A stretch of DNA of 22,032 nucleotides, filler included, from Circinaria calcarea (Eukaryota): assembly GCA_051942165.1 (NCBI GenBank). It is 20 parts of 20 records of this genome, joined end to end, with 100 filler letters (N's around TTAATTAATTAA, not from the genome) between each part and the next. Parts side by side here need not be neighbours in the genome. Positions count along the whole stretch, not along the records: positions 21,032 to 22,032 come from JAVECS010005512.1; 19 more parts are not named here. One strand, 5' to 3'. A program made the translations under genes and the position numbers. Position 1 is the first letter of the stretch. Each line of letters starts with the position of its first letter. Positions 21,077 through 22,032 of the stretch are shown here, in pieces. Under the pieces are notes generated by a model that did not search any database, was not told the origin of the DNA, and worked only from the letters and a program-made list of their open reading frames with translations.

Positions 21077-22032
21077 ATGAAGCTTTCCCTCCAAGACTCT
21101 GCCGTCCTCGGTGTTCTATCCGCCTACCCTATACTCTTTGTTCTGGTCCCGATTACCCTACTCGTCATCTCCACCGCGCGTTCCTACCACCGTCTCGCCC
21201 ATATTCCTGGACCGTTTCTCGCCCGGTTCACAAATATCCCGCGCTTTGCGTGGGTATTGAGTAACCGTGCTCATGAGTACCACACAGCACTACATCGGCA
21301 GTATGGCCCGCTGGTGCGGCTGGGGCCGAACATGGTGTCGGTTGCGGATCCGGCCGAAGTAAGCAACATCTACGGGTTTGTGAAACCGTGGTTGAAGGTG
21401 AGTTCGTGGAATACAACTTCCCCTTGATTCGGGTGGTCGAGGAGGCTTTCCGGTGAGGCTATTCGCCAACGACGTTCGTGGTGTACGAGGAGAATTCCAA
21501 GGAGATGCGTATGGCATCGAGTCTAATATTTTTTGGGGGAATCGTTAGAAAAATGGCTCGGCTGACTCTTCAAAAGTCCGATTTTTACCAAGCGCTCTTG
21601 ATGAAGCCGCGCGGGAAACCCACCCCTGGGATCTTTGCCGCTCAAGACGAATCGATCCATCGAGCCCTTAAAAAGCCTGTTGCTGGAGCTTACTCCATGA
21701 GCACCCTCGTCTCCTTTGAGCCATATGTTGACACCACCATGCGTGTTTTCTGTGATCAGCTGGAAGCACGCTTTGTCCACGATGGCGGAAAGAAGTCGCC
21801 CCACCGCTGCGACTTTGGACAGTGGCTGCAGATGTTTGCGTTTGACGTGATTGGAGAACTTACCTTCTCGAAGCGACTAGGGTTTCTAGAAAGTGGTACA
21901 GATGTGGACCATGTTATGGCGTCGATCTGGGACGCATTTAAGCAAACCTCGCTAGTAAGTGGATAAAGTCCCGGAGATGGATCAAGGATATGACAGCTAA
22001 TCGGAAGGTCACGCAAATGCCTTGGCTGGGTG
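21077..22032 (+). CDS. Cytochrome P450, N-terminal half (pisatin-demethylase-like group); exons 21077-21397, 21577-21954, 22008-22032
   Basis: N-terminal TM anchor, HIPGP hinge, LHRQYGPLVRLGPN, K|SDFY, YSMSTLVSFEPYVD and WLQMFAFDVIGELTFSKRLGFL. Introns 21398-21576 and 21955-22007 have GCTGAC/GCTAAT branch sites. Confidence 0.95.

Noticed and set aside
5566..22032. Secondary-metabolite cluster (two P450s, FAS alpha, cupin, ankyrin)
   Set aside because: Each gene is on a different unlinked contig. The two P450 fragments also overlap in the FD(I/V)xG region with different sequences, so they are separate genes.

Overview
This window is not contiguous genomic DNA. It is the tail of an artificial pseudo-scaffold: 20 unrelated contigs sorted by decreasing length (1015 to 1001 bp), joined by 19 identical 100-nt spacers (N44-TTAATTAATTAA-N44). 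Gene neighbourhoods across spacers therefore mean nothing. Almost all contigs look like a filamentous ascomycete (Pezizomycotina), with short GT-AG introns and CTRAY branch sites. Recognisable gene fragments are HST2 head-to-head with COG4, two cytochrome P450s, a DUF2237 protein, an ankyrin-repeat C-terminus, the FAS2 PPT-domain C-terminus, YAE1, SDS22, CDC123, a small cupin, a Ser/Thr-rich single-pass membrane protein and a hexapeptide-repeat/F-box-like protein. Several of these are missing from the ORF track. The most striking anomaly is a ~148-nt high-GC3 bacterial-type VapC/PIN toxin fragment fused to the 5' part of fungal YAE1, most likely a chimera from a co-sequenced bacterium. Also notable are two MITE-like inverted-repeat elements, a candidate solo LTR next to RIP-like DNA, and a GC-AG intron. 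I find no support for a novel multi-gene system here. All gene identifications are by motif recognition from memory, not by database search.
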